Positions 44,099-58,184 of a DNA stretch of 64,000 bases are shown here, piece after piece; the stretch's first letter is position 1, and each line of letters begins with the position of its first letter. The notes beneath the pieces were generated by a model. That model searched no databases. It was not told where the DNA came from and saw nothing but the letters and a program-made list of their open reading frames with translations. This DNA comes from Eledone cirrhosa (lineage: Eukaryota). Both the position numbers and the translations under genes were made by a program. The stretch covers positions 301,816,001 through 301,880,000 of the forward strand of contig OZ024743.1 of assembly GCA_964016885.1 (NCBI GenBank), written 5' to 3'.

Positions 44099-44673
44099 GT
44101 ATGTGTGTGTGTGTGTATATGTATATATATGTATGTATATATATATATATATATGTGTATATGTGTATATGTGTATGTATATATATATATATGTGTGTGT
44201 ATGTATATATATATGTATCTCTTTATACCCCCCCCCTCCCTCTCTCTCCCTCTCTATCCATCCCTCCCACTATTATCTATTTAATTCTCTTTAACTCACT
44301 ACACTCCTCGACATGATGTCTGCTATCAAAACTGACCAAAGAATCCTTCCACCTCTACCCCAACTCCACCGCAGTTTGTCATTCTACTTCCTACCTCTTC
44401 CCCCTTCCTCTCTCTCTATACTATGCCGTTAGTCACCTCACCTCCTGATTCCTCTCTCTCTATACTAGTAACTACAATTCCAAATAAAAGTTTTTCTCTA
44501 TATATTAAGAATTATTTCAAGAGTAACTCACTATTTTGAAAATTTGGACTGTGAACAACAATTATAATTGAGTGGCTGCTATTTGCAGTATAGCAATATA
44601 AGGTTGCACTTACCAATGAAACGGTCGTAAATACCTGGATTAAATCCTTCTCTTAATGCTTACCTGTGTTTTC

Positions 44674-44682
<9 letters not shown>
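42429..44682 (-). mobile_element. 5'-truncated Naiad-like PLE with ~950 bp inverted arms
   Basis: 42429-43410 is inverted relative to 43757-44682; GIY-YIG fragment 43341-43760 (CPLQNEC, LVYQC, YYIG, FKARW..H, C*LC, CNH). Confidence 0.92.
44532..44633 (+). ncRNA. Type I HHR, U3-A8 core, long helix II insert (sense copy at 42478-42580, minus strand)
   Basis: tatt-TTGAAAA-t-ttgg...ccaa-t-GAAA-cggtcg-TA-aata. Confidence 0.65.
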
Positions 44683-44753
<71 letters not shown>

Positions 44754-44948
44754 TAGGTATATGATTATCCAAGATGTAGTAATGGTTAATTACTACTCTG
44801 GATATGGTTGAAGTACGGTAAGAGTTTACTCAACGAGTTATGGAAGAATTGTTGAAGAAACTTAGTTCCTGATCCTTCTGTCTTCCGGAGTGTATATAAA
44901 GAATGAATAATAACAGGTAGACATCATAAAACGGTAATTTATTCCGTG

Positions 44949-45060
44949 TGCTTACAAGTGTTTCCACGGTGGTACTACAGACTAGTTATGCTATGTGCAA
45001 ATTCACAAGTACTTGCAGAACTCAAATATCCAATGCTGTGACCACTGTTTCCTCAGAGCA
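44949..45060 (-). ncRNA. Type I HHR with long helix II, within fold-back 44890-45210
   Basis: tgct-CTGAGGA-a-acagtggt...accaccgt-g-GAAA-cacttg-TA-agca, then AATAAA. Confidence 0.8.
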
Positions 45061-45209
45061 CATCATTGGATATTTGAGTTCTGCAAGTACTTGTGAATTT
45101 GCACATAGCATAACTAGGCTGTAGTGCCACCGTGGTAACACTTGTAAGTACACGGAATAAATTACATTTTTATGATGTCTACCTGTTATTATTCATTCTT
45201 TATATATAT

Positions 45210-45290
<81 letters not shown>

Positions 45291-45296
45291 AGTATG

Positions 45297-45384
<88 letters not shown>

Positions 45385-45392
<8 letters not shown>

Positions 45393-46062
45393 CACATATG
45401 CATACAGGTACACATACATATATGCACGCATCAGTTTAGCCGACGTTTATTATAACGCAGCTTTGTTCGTTTGTTTGTCAACAAACCGAACAGCCTGAAT
45501 TTATGCCATACGGTGTTAAGGCAACCACGTCACCTTTTTGTTCAACACTGACACAGGAACGATGTACTAGTTTCAAGCTTGTTAGCTATCATCAGCACGG
45601 TTTACCCATCTGCCAGATAGTTGAACACGTCTGTATACATATATGTATGTACGTATACATACATACTTACATTTAAGTAAGTGCCATACTAAGAGTGAGA
45701 AATGAAATTTCGTTTTCATTTTTTTTCAACTTGTCGTTTTCGGTATGCCTGACCGATTTAACTCACTGAATATGCAAATTACGCTGCTCAGCCGTTAATT
45801 TTCATAAGGAAAGTATATACTTTCGAATGTTCAACTATCTGGCAGATGGGTAAACGGTGCTGATGATAGCTAACAAGCTTGAAACCAGTACATCTTTCCT
45901 GTGTCAGTGTTGAACAATAAGGTGATGTGGTTGCCTTAACACCGTATGGCATAAATTCAGGCTGTTCGGTTTGTTGACAAACAAACGAACAAAGCTGCGT
46001 TATAATAAACGTCGGCTAAACTGATGCGTGCATATATGTATGTGTACCTGTATGCATATGTG

Positions 46063-46095
<33 letters not shown>

Positions 46096-46212
46096 GCATG
46101 CTACTGTACGTATGTATACATATATGTATGTACGTATACATACATACTTACATTTAAGTAAGTGCCATACTAAGAGTGAGAAATGAAATTTCGTTTTCAT
46201 TTTTTTTCAACT

Positions 46213-46213
<1 letters not shown>
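45385..46213. mobile_element. Fold-back element with minimal HHRs (45561-45599 minus; 45856-45894 plus) and a displaced direct repeat
   Basis: gtg-CTGATGA-t-agct-aaca-agct-t-GAAA-ctag-TA-cat; arms ~45385-45627 and ~45827-46070; 45636-45732 repeated at 46115-46213. Confidence 0.85.
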
Positions 46214-46281
<68 letters not shown>

Positions 46282-46284
<3 letters not shown>

Positions 46285-46420
46285 GGCGTGTGGCTGAGTG
46301 GTTAGATAATTGTATTCGCAATCGTAAGGTTGTGAGTTCGATTCCTGGACCAGGTGATACGTTATGTCCTTGAGCAAGACACTTTATTTCCCGTTGCTCC
46401 TTCTACCTGGAGTTGCGACC
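46282..46420 (+). mobile_element. tRNA-headed SINE with CORE-like domain
   Basis: tggctgagtggttag A-box, gagttcgattcc B-box, then tgtccttgagcaagacactt. Confidence 0.75.
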
Positions 46421-46497
46421 GATATATAGTATTAGCAATTGGAAAGACCAACGGAAACATTCTTCCCTCGGTCCAATTTGACGAAAGTCGATCGTTC

Positions 46498-46544
<47 letters not shown>

Positions 46545-46599
46545 TACACACACACACATATGTATATATTTACAAAAATAGGTGTGACACACGAGTTGT

Positions 46600-48240
46600 G
46601 ATATATTAGTAAAAAGGAAAAGAAAATGGTGACAATTTTTCCCAGTAAAAAATAATTTAATTAGGAATAAGTATAAATTAGTAATAAGTATTGGTTAGTA
46701 TTCAGTTTTCAGTTTTAAGTTGTTACCGGTTGAAAAATAATTCTGAGACAGAGCGCTCGTGATGTTTGCTCTAATCTGATCAGTTTTGGAAATTCTTCCT
46801 TTTTTATATGAAAAAGGTGTCTCCAGAGGTATTAATATTTGGTTGGTTGTTGAATGTCATGTGAATAAGTACTATAAATTTCGCGCCAATTCGTGTTGCA
46901 AACATTTTGGTAGTCAAAAAATGACCATAGAATGAACCAAATCCTGGTAGTTAAAAAATTACCATAGAATGAACCTAATCCTTCGAACACACGATATCAT
47001 AAAGAGCAAAAGACAATCTAAGTCAATGAAAAAATCCTAAAACAAAGTACTGCTAACCACAACAACAAAACCCACAGTAAAAAAATGCGATAGACCCAAC
47101 TGTGACATATGCATCGACCTAACAGAGGGTTCGGAAAACAGAATTTCACATTTGCATCAGAAAATCTAATATATGTATTAACCTGCTCAATACATAGGCC
47201 AGACTAAAAACAGCCTCCGCCAACGCATGACTGTCCATAGATCCCAAATTAAAATACGGGAATACAGAAAAATGCCACTGGGTGAACACATTGATACCTG
47301 TGCAGCCCCAAATCATCCAAACTTTTGAATATTTCCCCTCTACAAATTTAAAGATAATGCCTCCCACACCCAGCGCATCAGCAAGTAATCTCACTTTATT
47401 AAACACTTCTCCCAAAGATGAACCCACAACATACAAACATTTCTACCCACATATAAACACAATGATATACGTAAACACACATGTCCTATTGTGCAGCACA
47501 AACATACACAAATGTGCATACCTTTTGAACGTTTATAGATATAAAGGTGCCGACACACACACGAACCACTCTGCTACACGCACACACCCACACACACACA
47601 CACACCCACACACACATATTTGTCTTAATAGACACCTGAACTGTTGACCTTTCAACATGACTGCAACTGACACACATCCCTACTGACCATTATCACAACA
47701 ATGAACCTCTTTACTACACACACACACACACACATACACATATTTGTCTTAATAGACATGTTTTTCAGTGACTTCTCAACATGACTTCAACTAAATGAAG
47801 CGAAAAAGGACACTCTTCGACAAACCTACATTTGGCGCCAAACCAGTTCGCGCTAAAATCAATTTTTAACATTCACGTGATCTCTACCGACCAATCAAAA
47901 TTGTTTTGACTACCAGAATTTTTGCAACATGAATTGGCGCGAAATTTATAGTACTTATTCACGTGACATTCAACAACCAACCACATCTTAATACCTCTGG
48001 AGCCACTTGTTTCACATAAAACAGGAAGAATTTCCAAAACTGATCAGATTAGAGCAAACATCACTGACACACTATCTCAAAATTATTTTTGAAAAGCATT
48101 AGAAATGGGCAACCGGTAAAAACTTAAAACTAAAACTGAATACTAAAAAATACTTATTACTAGTTTATACTTATTCCTAATGAAACCATTTTTCACTAGG
48201 GAAAAACTTGTCAGTATTTATTTTCCTTTTTACTAATATA
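46600..48240 (+). mobile_element. Neptune-like PLE remnant with inverted arms and decayed U3-A8 HHR (48086-48121)
   Basis: CDRPNCDIC linker, NLIYVLTC, YIGQTKNSLRQRMTVHRSQI (47080-47420); 46600-46920 is inverted relative to 47900-48240. Confidence 0.85.
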
Positions 48241-50753
48241 TATATATATATACACACACATATTCTATGTCTGTTTGTGAATGTGTGTATTTGTCCCTAT
48301 AGGGCTGACACGTGGGAAAGAATTTGCCTATGCATGAGGTTTCTTTAATCATTTCTTACAAGCTATCGATTCACACAATCTATGCTTCAATTCGACCATT
48401 CAGCCGTTACAATTAAGCATGTAATTCCATTCATATGTCTCGCTTTTGCTGTTCATTTTTTTTTTTTACCATTTTTCACATTGTGTTGTTAAAGATACAT
48501 TCTTATAAATATCAAAGCGTTACTTCTCATCTTGTTATTAGTTACACGTCATTACTACAGCGAATTCCATTTTGGAAGTATTTTTATAGCTTAATTTGAC
48601 TTATTGTTTTGCACGCAGGTGATGGAGAATGCGGATGTTATTTTATGGATTGTAATAACAAGATATTGTTTACTAATGATTGATAAGGAGAACAACGTAA
48701 TGTTCTATGCAACGTGGCATATTCCATGAATCCAGTGCAACGTGGTTTCCTGATATCTGTATTAGAAAATGGAATTTTAGATTCAATTAAGTCAACATTT
48801 AAGAATAGTTCACCAATTAAAATATCGTTCATTTTCTGGATAAAGACGCTGCTGTATATCACTATTCCCAAATGCTCTTCTTCACTCACTTAATTAAGAT
48901 AAAAGCGACATCCCCGTGTTAGTCATTTACAACAAAACAGGCAGGACATTGACTTGTTGTGGTTTCATTCTAAGTTATATGGAAGTAGTTGTGAACTGCA
49001 AAATTTGGTTTCATTCGGATACTGATCAGCGTCAGAATGACTATACATATTTAAAAGATTACACGCACACTCCTTAGACTAGCACACACATACCATCGTG
49101 CTCACTACAATATGTTGAAATACAAACAGCTGAATCAGCTCTTCCTATGAAAACAACATCCTAATTTCACAATTCCTATTCCTCTATATAAAAGCTTACT
49201 CTGTTTTAATCATTGTTGACGCTTACATTACTGATGCATAATACCATTATATTTCAGTGTAGGCGATATAATTAAAATGAACATTTTCGACGAAAGCATA
49301 AAACAATTACTCCGAAGAATTCTTAGAGATACCTGCAGCGTCAATCACTTTGACTCACTAGGTTCGTTTCCCGGAGAAACATACTAGTTCTGCATCCTGA
49401 AAAACAGATGATTTGATAGACAAAATCTTGACAAGCTTAAGAAGGGAGAGTGACATCAACTAAAAGGAAATGAATAAAAAGAATCGGCAGAAAATCATAG
49501 TTTATGAAGTTAAAACTTGTCTTTGTTCTGTCATTATATATACACGAGGTGAGGGTGGCGGATTGGCAGTATCGGGGGAGGGGGGCAGCAACCAACATGT
49601 TTCCCGCATATAATTACACACCTTTACGTTCTGAGTTCAAATCGCAACGAGGTTAGATATGCTCTACATCCTTGCGTTTTCGATAACATAAATTACCAGT
49701 AACGCTTTTTGGTTGTGGGCATCGACTTTCACCTCCCCAAACATTTTCTGTTTTCTGACTAAATCAAAAACCATTATTAATCAAATTAATAATGTGTTCC
49801 TATGAGTTGTATACATATGGGGCTTTTTCATAAATAGTCTAGGATGTGTGAATATGGAATACTGCAGCAATGCTTCTTGATAGCTGGGGAAAATATACAC
49901 AAATAATACAAGAAGTCTATGTGAAGAGATTGCCTTTGTTTGAATATATGTTGCAATTAATTTATATGTGGTTTTATACATGATTTATTTCAATTTGATA
50001 AAATGAATTGTGAAGCATGGCTCACGATTTCATTCTGCTCAATCGTGCTTATTTCATAAATTAATTAGATGGGATATTTCAAAAGATTCATTGTTTTCTT
50101 CAAACAACATAATTTCAGCTAACCACGATAAGTTAAAGTAAGAAACGTAATTTGTGGATTAGCACCGAATGGAAAACAGTGCTTTGTTTTATAAACCACT
50201 CTGCACAAGTAATCGACTCTTGGAGTGCGTATGCAAATACTGTTATCTCGAGAACGAAATACAAAATTGCAATTGCCCTAATAGTATTTCATCGCTGAAA
50301 ATATAGATCGAGCCAATAATGCCATATTGAGAGATAATTTATTCAACAAATGTATATGGTTACTTGCACGCTACTTGTTCAAGTGTTCTAGTAGAAAATT
50401 AACAACTTTTACGTGACATCATACTTTACAAGTCTATAAATAATACTTAATAAGCCATTGGATAATGTAACATTAGTTAAATGAAGCATGAAATAAAGTG
50501 CTGGATTTTGATTAGTAACAAAGCACTGCATAAGGATAGCCGATTTCAAGCTACACAGCATCCGGCACATATTGATATATATTAATATCGAGATTATATC
50601 CTTTGGAAATTTGATTAACCATGTGGATTTAAAAAGTATGCGGATGTTGTTCGTTACATTTGATTTAAAAATCAGATTAATGACAATAATATAACACGTA
50701 TAAATTGCACTGCTTTCTTTTCAACTATATAGAATGCTTTCAAATTATTATGT

Positions 50754-50792
<39 letters not shown>

Positions 50793-51598
50793 ATTTGCGT
50801 GTGTGTGTGTGTGCAAAATCCGATTGTTAACCGTATGCTTGTTAACTGGATAATGTACAATAGCGGTAAATAAATTACGAATAAATATTTTTATATATCC
50901 AATTGAGCTTCTGAGGATGCAACATTTGTAGAATGGCAAATGCAATCGTTTTTATCGACTTGTATTGACCGAAATGTAAAATAAAATAAAACATGTTGTG
51001 AAAATTAAAAATCAACCAATAGAAAATCGTTCACTGCACGTCCTGTATTAACAGCTGTTAATTTCCTGTTGTTTTGTTGAATGCATTTTCTATATATATA
51101 ATAGTGATGTGTTGAGGGTTTAGCCAGTCGAGAATACAATGTACAATAGGGAAATGATTTCATGAACCAAGGTGGTTTTTCATGTTTTCACATGCATTAA
51201 TGCATTATATTTCAGTTTCTGGAATGTATTGCCTTCTATACCAATATCTTGTATAAGGCCTGTGTTGTGTACTGTGTAAGAGTAAAATCCAATGAACAAA
51301 CACATTTAATGAATACAAAAATGCGGTTTGTGTCAGGAAAAAGTGAAGAATATTGTTTTACATTATCTAGTTATTAATTGTATGTGTATAAAGTAATATT
51401 TCTTAGTAAGGCTTTCCTTATTTGAATCTGTATGCCATGTTTTATTTCATATTATATAATTGAGAAGTAAGGTTAATTGATAATCATCTTAAAAATCTTG
51501 AAACAAATTTCAAATCGGTGATAGATCGGCTCGTCAACATTCCCGTAAGCCACCTACTCCGCCACCACCATCACCTCCAAATATTACTGCAACTGTTG

Positions 51599-51639
<41 letters not shown>

Positions 51640-52993
51640 GCTTCTGCTGCTGCTGCTGCTTCTGTTGTCACCGATGTTGATGCTGCTGTACTCACTTCAG
51701 TTTGGAAATAAATATATGTAGCAACATTTTAGCCGAGAAATCGTCTCGTCATCAGTTAACCAGCCAGAAAATTACCCGTAACTGCTGCTGCCTATCTTTG
51801 GTGTACAGTTCTAGATGGTTTTATAGTCAGTCTTCACCACTGATGACTAGATTTCATCATGTGTAGAAGCTCTCTGTCGTGAATTGTCCTGTCTGTCTCC
51901 TGGGATGTCCTGTCTTTGAAATTGAAGGCCTATGGTCCTCCTTCTCTACCTCCTCACTCTTGCTCAACTATTCCTTCAAGGAAGCTTTTAGATAGGGAGT
52001 TGTGTCATTATACGTTATCATTAAGGCAATCTTCCGTCTTTTCAAGTGTGAAACGGATAAGCAGGTAACAACATGATATACAAATACTACTGCTTACATA
52101 TTTAGATTAATCGCTGACCAAACAGAGTAAGCTGAAACGGAAGGGAGGTGGTTGATCTCGTGATATTACACTTCATGTGAAATGCTGAGACAGAAAACGG
52201 CTTGGTGTGGCAAAAGGTCGCATGACGGTGCCTTGATTCGGTCATGTGGGGAAACTAGTTCAAAATGATGTTTGCAAAGTTTTGTTTGGAAATAAGTCTT
52301 CCTTCTTGCACTTGCGATATATACAGACATGAAATGTCGCAGCAGAGATCCTAAATGCGTCACATTTGAATTATGGGAAAACATTTAGGTTAAGCTGGAA
52401 TGCTACTTCAGATCAAAACACATTTTTTCTGGCAGATCATCCGCTGCTTTAGTAATAAGAAGATTTCTTCACAGTGAGTCAAGAAACGAAGGAAATTCAG
52501 ACATAATTAACTTCAATTCACCTAATACTAAATATAATTTTCCATAAATGTGTATTCACTCTAGCATGTGAGATTCTTCTCTGGCAATATATAGCGCTTT
52601 TTATCGAGTGTAAAATACTCATTTCTACGGAATAATTTTATGAAGCACAACTACGAACAGTCTCTGTTTTAGATAAAACGGTCTGTTTTAATTCAGGGTG
52701 ATACACATCAAACAGAAACAAAAACTTATGACATTTAGAAAATGACCAAAGATGCGGGCATTAATTGTAGCCATCTCCGTTTATTTCATATAATTCATTG
52801 TTTTCTTGTTTCTAAAAAAATTCTTGTGATCTATGTTGTTCATCTCTTATACATTTTCATTATCTCTTCACGGTCATTTATTTAATTCTATGATCGGGTA
52901 ATATACAATATGATTTCTTTCGTAGAGGATGATTATAACTTGATATATGAAAGACGGTAGAAAGAAAAAAACATGAACAATAACAACAAATAA

Positions 52994-53125
52994 AGAAGAA
53001 GAAGAAGAAGAAGAAGAAGAAGAAGAAGAAGAAGAAGAAGAAGAAGAAGAAGAAGAAGAAGAAGAAGAAGAAGAAGAAGAAGAAGAAGAAGAAGAAGAAG
53101 AAGAAGAAGAAGAAGAAGAAGAAGA
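52994..53125 (+). repeat. (GAA)n microsatellite
   Basis: About 43 perfect units. Confidence 0.95.
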
Positions 53126-53685
53126 CGACGGCGAAGAAGACGACGTCGACGACGACTGTTCAGCAGTTAACTATAGTAAGACAACATGAAAAAAGCAGTG
53201 ACAAAATGTGTAAGATGAAAAAAGTCCATAGAATACTCTTATTTGCAAACTACAAAACAATTATATAATTGTTTCTACTTTTGGCACAAGGCCAGCAATT
53301 ATCCCAGTGTATTACTGGTACTTTATTTTATCGACCTCGTAAGGATGAACGGCAAAGTTAACCTCGGCGGGATTTGAACTCAGACCATAAAGGGCCGTAA
53401 CACTTTGCTGCAAAACAATATATAATAATAGTTGTCAGTACTCATACAAACTAAATAATTACTACTGACCTATCTTGCACTAAGGAGATCAATCAATTCG
53501 TACCAGGAATTATTTATTAATATAATAAAAACTAAAATTCACTTTTTATTTTTATTTTTTCAAATTGTTAGAGATTGCGTGATGGTGTATTTAATATTTC
53601 ACTATATTCAGGCCATACATTTCAGCGGGAATATATATGATGCATTCTCGCGCTTCTCCCGTTTTTATGACCTTAACGTGATTAA

Positions 53686-53763
<78 letters not shown>

Positions 53764-54119
53764 TAACAAATGGAAACTATATTTATAAAACCATATTTAT
53801 TTCATTATACATATTTTAAAGGTCCCCAGAGCAAACTATGGTGCGCTTTCATCAAATCAAATATAATATAGCTTAGTTTTATAAACATATATTGATATAC
53901 CCTTAAAAAATGCAACCATTCCGGTTGGAATCTTCAGAATGAAAGCGCACCATAGTTTGCTTTGGTGGCCCTTGAAATATGTATGATGAAATAATTATGG
54001 TTTTATAAATATAGTTTCCATCTTTTAATATATTGTATATTTACTGCAGTAATTTGCTGAGTGCTTTATATCAGTTATAAAAATATTTTGCTTGTATCCC
54101 AACAAATTAAATATAACCT

Positions 54120-54163
<44 letters not shown>

Positions 54164-54195
54164 TTATATATCTATATGAATATATATGTACACAA

Positions 54196-54235
<40 letters not shown>

Positions 54236-54237
54236 GT

Positions 54238-55705
54238 GTCTTTATTCTCTCGTTCACGATTTCACCGAATTTAAATACATAGAAATCTGGGACTTGTCTA
54301 TTTCTTCCTCACTTTCTGTTGCTTCACCATATTGTTTGTTTACCCTCGCGTCCCCTTTAATTACGTGTCCCAACGACTTTTTTTAGCCGTTGCTCGCACC
54401 AACCGGAGGTATATGGTCTTTAAAGCGATGAAATTCCTATGATGGTTGGAAGATCACTGATGAAGGACAAACTTGTTTCATATGTAACCTATTTGCAACT
54501 CCGCAGCGCCCTTATTATCATATTTACACATATTTTTCTCCTCTGCTGCTACAGGTCTTTTTCGTTCTATGTATCTTTACACTTTCTAGCAGTCTCTCTC
54601 TCTGTTAGCCTCTTCCTCACCCTTCACTCACTCATTCTCTGTCACTACCTCTCCTCCTCCTCTCTCTTCCCGTTTGACCTGTGGTTATTCTTTTCTCTCG
54701 CACGCTCGGCTAAGCTGGTATGAATTTTTTCTCTCTCTCGTCTACGATTTCACAGAACTTATGTTTACCGAATTCGCAGACCAGACCCCTTCTTCCTCCC
54801 GTTAGACCTGTGCGAAATTCCTTCCTTGCTCACATTTCAACCAGGTTTGATGGTCTTTATTCTCTCGTTCACGATTTCACCGAATTTAAATTCATAGAAA
54901 TCTGGGACTTGTCTCTTTCTTCCTCACTTTCTGTTGCTTCACCATTTTGTTTGTTTACCCTCGCGTCCCCTTTATTTACGTGTCCCAACGACTTTTTTTA
55001 GCCGTTGCTCGCACCAACCGCAGGTATATGGTCTTTAAAGCGATGAAATGCCTATGATTGTTGGAAGATCACTGATGAAGGACAAACTGTTTTCATATGT
55101 AACCCATTTGCAACTCCGCAGCGCCCTTATTATCATATTTACACATATTTTTTCCTCTGCTGCTACGCGTCTTTTTCGTTCTATTTATCTTTACCCTTTC
55201 TAGCAGTCTCTCTCTGTTAGCCTCTTCCTCGCCCTTCACTCACTCATTCTCTGTCACTACCTCTCCTCCTCCTCTTTCTTTCCGTTTGACCTGTGTGTAA
55301 TTCTTTTCTCTCGCACGCTCGACCAAGCTGGTATGAATGTTTTCTCTCTCTCGTCTACGATTTCACAGAACTTATGTTTACCGAATTCGCAGACCCGACC
55401 CCTTCTTCCTCCCGTTAGTCCTGTGCGAAATTCCTTCCTTGCTCACATTTCAACCAGGTTTGATGGTCTTTATTCTCTCGTTCACGATTTCACCGAATTT
55501 AAATTCATAGAAATCTGGGACTTGTCTCTTTCTTCCTCACTTTCTGTTGCTTCACCATTTTGTTTGTTTACCCTCGCGTCCCCTTTATTTACGTGTACCA
55601 ACGACTTTTTTTAGCTGTTGCTCGCTCCAACCGGAGGTATATGGTTTTTAAAGAGCGATGAAATGCCTATGATGGTTGGAAGATTCCTGATGAAGGACAA
55701 ACTTT

Positions 55706-55710
<5 letters not shown>
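54238..55710. repeat. Tandem array of ~614 bp units (~2.4 copies) between TA tracts
   Basis: Unit starts at 54238, 54853 and 55466; related fragment at 12376-12610. Confidence 0.9.
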
Positions 55711-55760
<50 letters not shown>

Positions 55761-55977
55761 AAAAGGTGTGAACCGACCGCAGAGCACAGGCCGTTTCCAT
55801 TTCCACGCTCCTGAACTCGGCCGATGAGGTTAAACATTTTCCTATTACCCACTCTACTAACCTATCTATTGAGTACTCGGGTGCATTATGGTCCAACTGG
55901 TTCGTTCCCACACCTCCTTTGTTATATACGTATATATATATATATATAAGTATATATTTATATATATATATGTGTAC

Positions 55978-56052
<75 letters not shown>

Positions 56053-56060
56053 TATTGCCT

Positions 56061-56132
56061 CGTCTGACGAACGAATGAAGTCGTTTATTTCGTATTCGCC
56101 TCATTCGGGAAACCTCTGGTAATGAGGTAATT
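56061..56132 (+). ncRNA. HHR with true stem-loop helix III forming almost the whole of a ~105 bp insert
   Basis: gt-CTGACGA-a-cgaatga...tcattcg-g-GAAA-cctc-tggtaat-gagg-TA-at; helix I weak. Confidence 0.7.
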
Positions 56133-56153
56133 ATATTGTATTGATTTTTATAC

Positions 56154-56253
<100 letters not shown>

Positions 56254-58029
56254 CATTTGTATCTATATATCTATAATGTATTTTATAGAAATAATATAAA
56301 TGTGAAAATGGGTTCGAGCGGCTGATCAAATAAAATTTGGAAAACAATCTCACAGTACAAGTGCTATAAACATGTTTAAGTATAACAATAATGACTTTCT
56401 GAATTATGGATCGATTACAACTTGTGTCTGACACCTTGTGAAGCAAATATCCGCTACCCAATTCTAATTTGCTGATTGATGAACAGAAAAATGTAATACG
56501 CTAATTGGAGATGTATGGAAATAAAAGAGAAAATATGAAAAATTCTGGGGTTTTTTTTTCCTAAATTACCATGATACCAACAAATTGTGGAAGAGGATAT
56601 ATTCAATTTTATCGGCCTCAATGTTTGACAGGTACTTTAATTCATCGACCGGGAAATGGTAAAGTACACGTTGACTTCAACAGGATTTCAAACAGGAACG
56701 TAAAAATATAACATATACTAAAGATCAATTGTTTTTCGATTTACCGATTCTGGCAATCTGACACTGTAACCATCACAATTCATTCTGATGTTGACGCAAG
56801 GACCATAATTTATGGAAGGAAAAAAAAATCATTATATCGACAACAGTACTGAACTGGTACTTTATTTCATGGACATCGGAATCGCAACGAAAAGTACGGT
56901 AATTCTATATAGAACACAACATTTGCAAGGGTGTGTAAAAATAACGATAAAATAAGTGTACGTAAGGATATGTAAAAAAACGATAAAAACTGTGCAACAA
57001 TAAATAATTGTTTCTATATTTTGGTACAAGGCCAGCAAATTACCCAGTGCATTGCTGGTACTTTATTTTATCGACCCCGTAAGGATGATAGGCAAAGTTA
57101 ACCTCGGCGGGATTTCATATCAGAATGGCAAGGGCCGTAACTCTATGCGTCAAAGCATGGTATCCGACCCTCTACCGATACTGCCAATATTTAATGCGTA
57201 CAGATTAGATGCTGTTTTTTTCAGTTAACTTCCATTATCAACACAGAATCAGCTTACCAAAATCTGTTGAAACACCGCGCCAATATTTTCTCGCACAACA
57301 ATATTGTAGAGATATCCAAGATAAGGAGATATTTGGAGAATAATGCAATCAGCTTTAGCTACATATGAAACAAAATATTTCATGCATGAGGAAAATAATA
57401 ATGATTTACTTATTAATGTTAACAACTCTTTAGAAGCATAATAATTGTTTCTACTTTTGGCACAAGGCCAACAATTACCCAGTGCCTTACTGGTACTTTA
57501 TTTATCGACCCCGTAAGGATGAAAGGCAAAGTTAACCTCGGCGGGATAGGATAATAACGCAACGGAATAAAGCTTAGACTTGGGCACGTCAGGAAGCAAC
57601 GTCAAGAAGGAATGCACATTACAAATATCGGGAAAACAAGAATTTCAAAGAAATTATATAATGAATAAAAAAATAAATCTAGCATCGTGTGCTAAAAAAT
57701 AACATATAATACAAACATAATTTTTTAATTCAATCAAATTAGATAAAAACAACGGACTTGGATATCAAAATACATAACACACATGAACATTATAAAAACG
57801 GTTGTAACTGTTTGACTTTATTAATATTGCATGTAGGTATAAATACTAAATATTACGTGGCTCAAAAACTAATATATTAACAATAAATATTAGCGCGTTC
57901 ATCGGGAAATTACCCCTTTACCACCACTAATGTTGGTTTTAAAAACTTCCTGCAGAATGAATATTATCAACAGTAACAGTAATATTTTTATTGCATAATC
58001 TAACATTAACACTATATATATACATATAA

Positions 58030-58184
<155 letters not shown>

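Noticed and set aside
46282-46355. tRNA gene
   Set aside because: Imperfect cloverleaf followed by a CORE-like SINE body
54457-54490. Complete HHR at CTGATGA in the tandem unit
   Set aside because: No correctly placed GAAA/UH in type I, II or III topology
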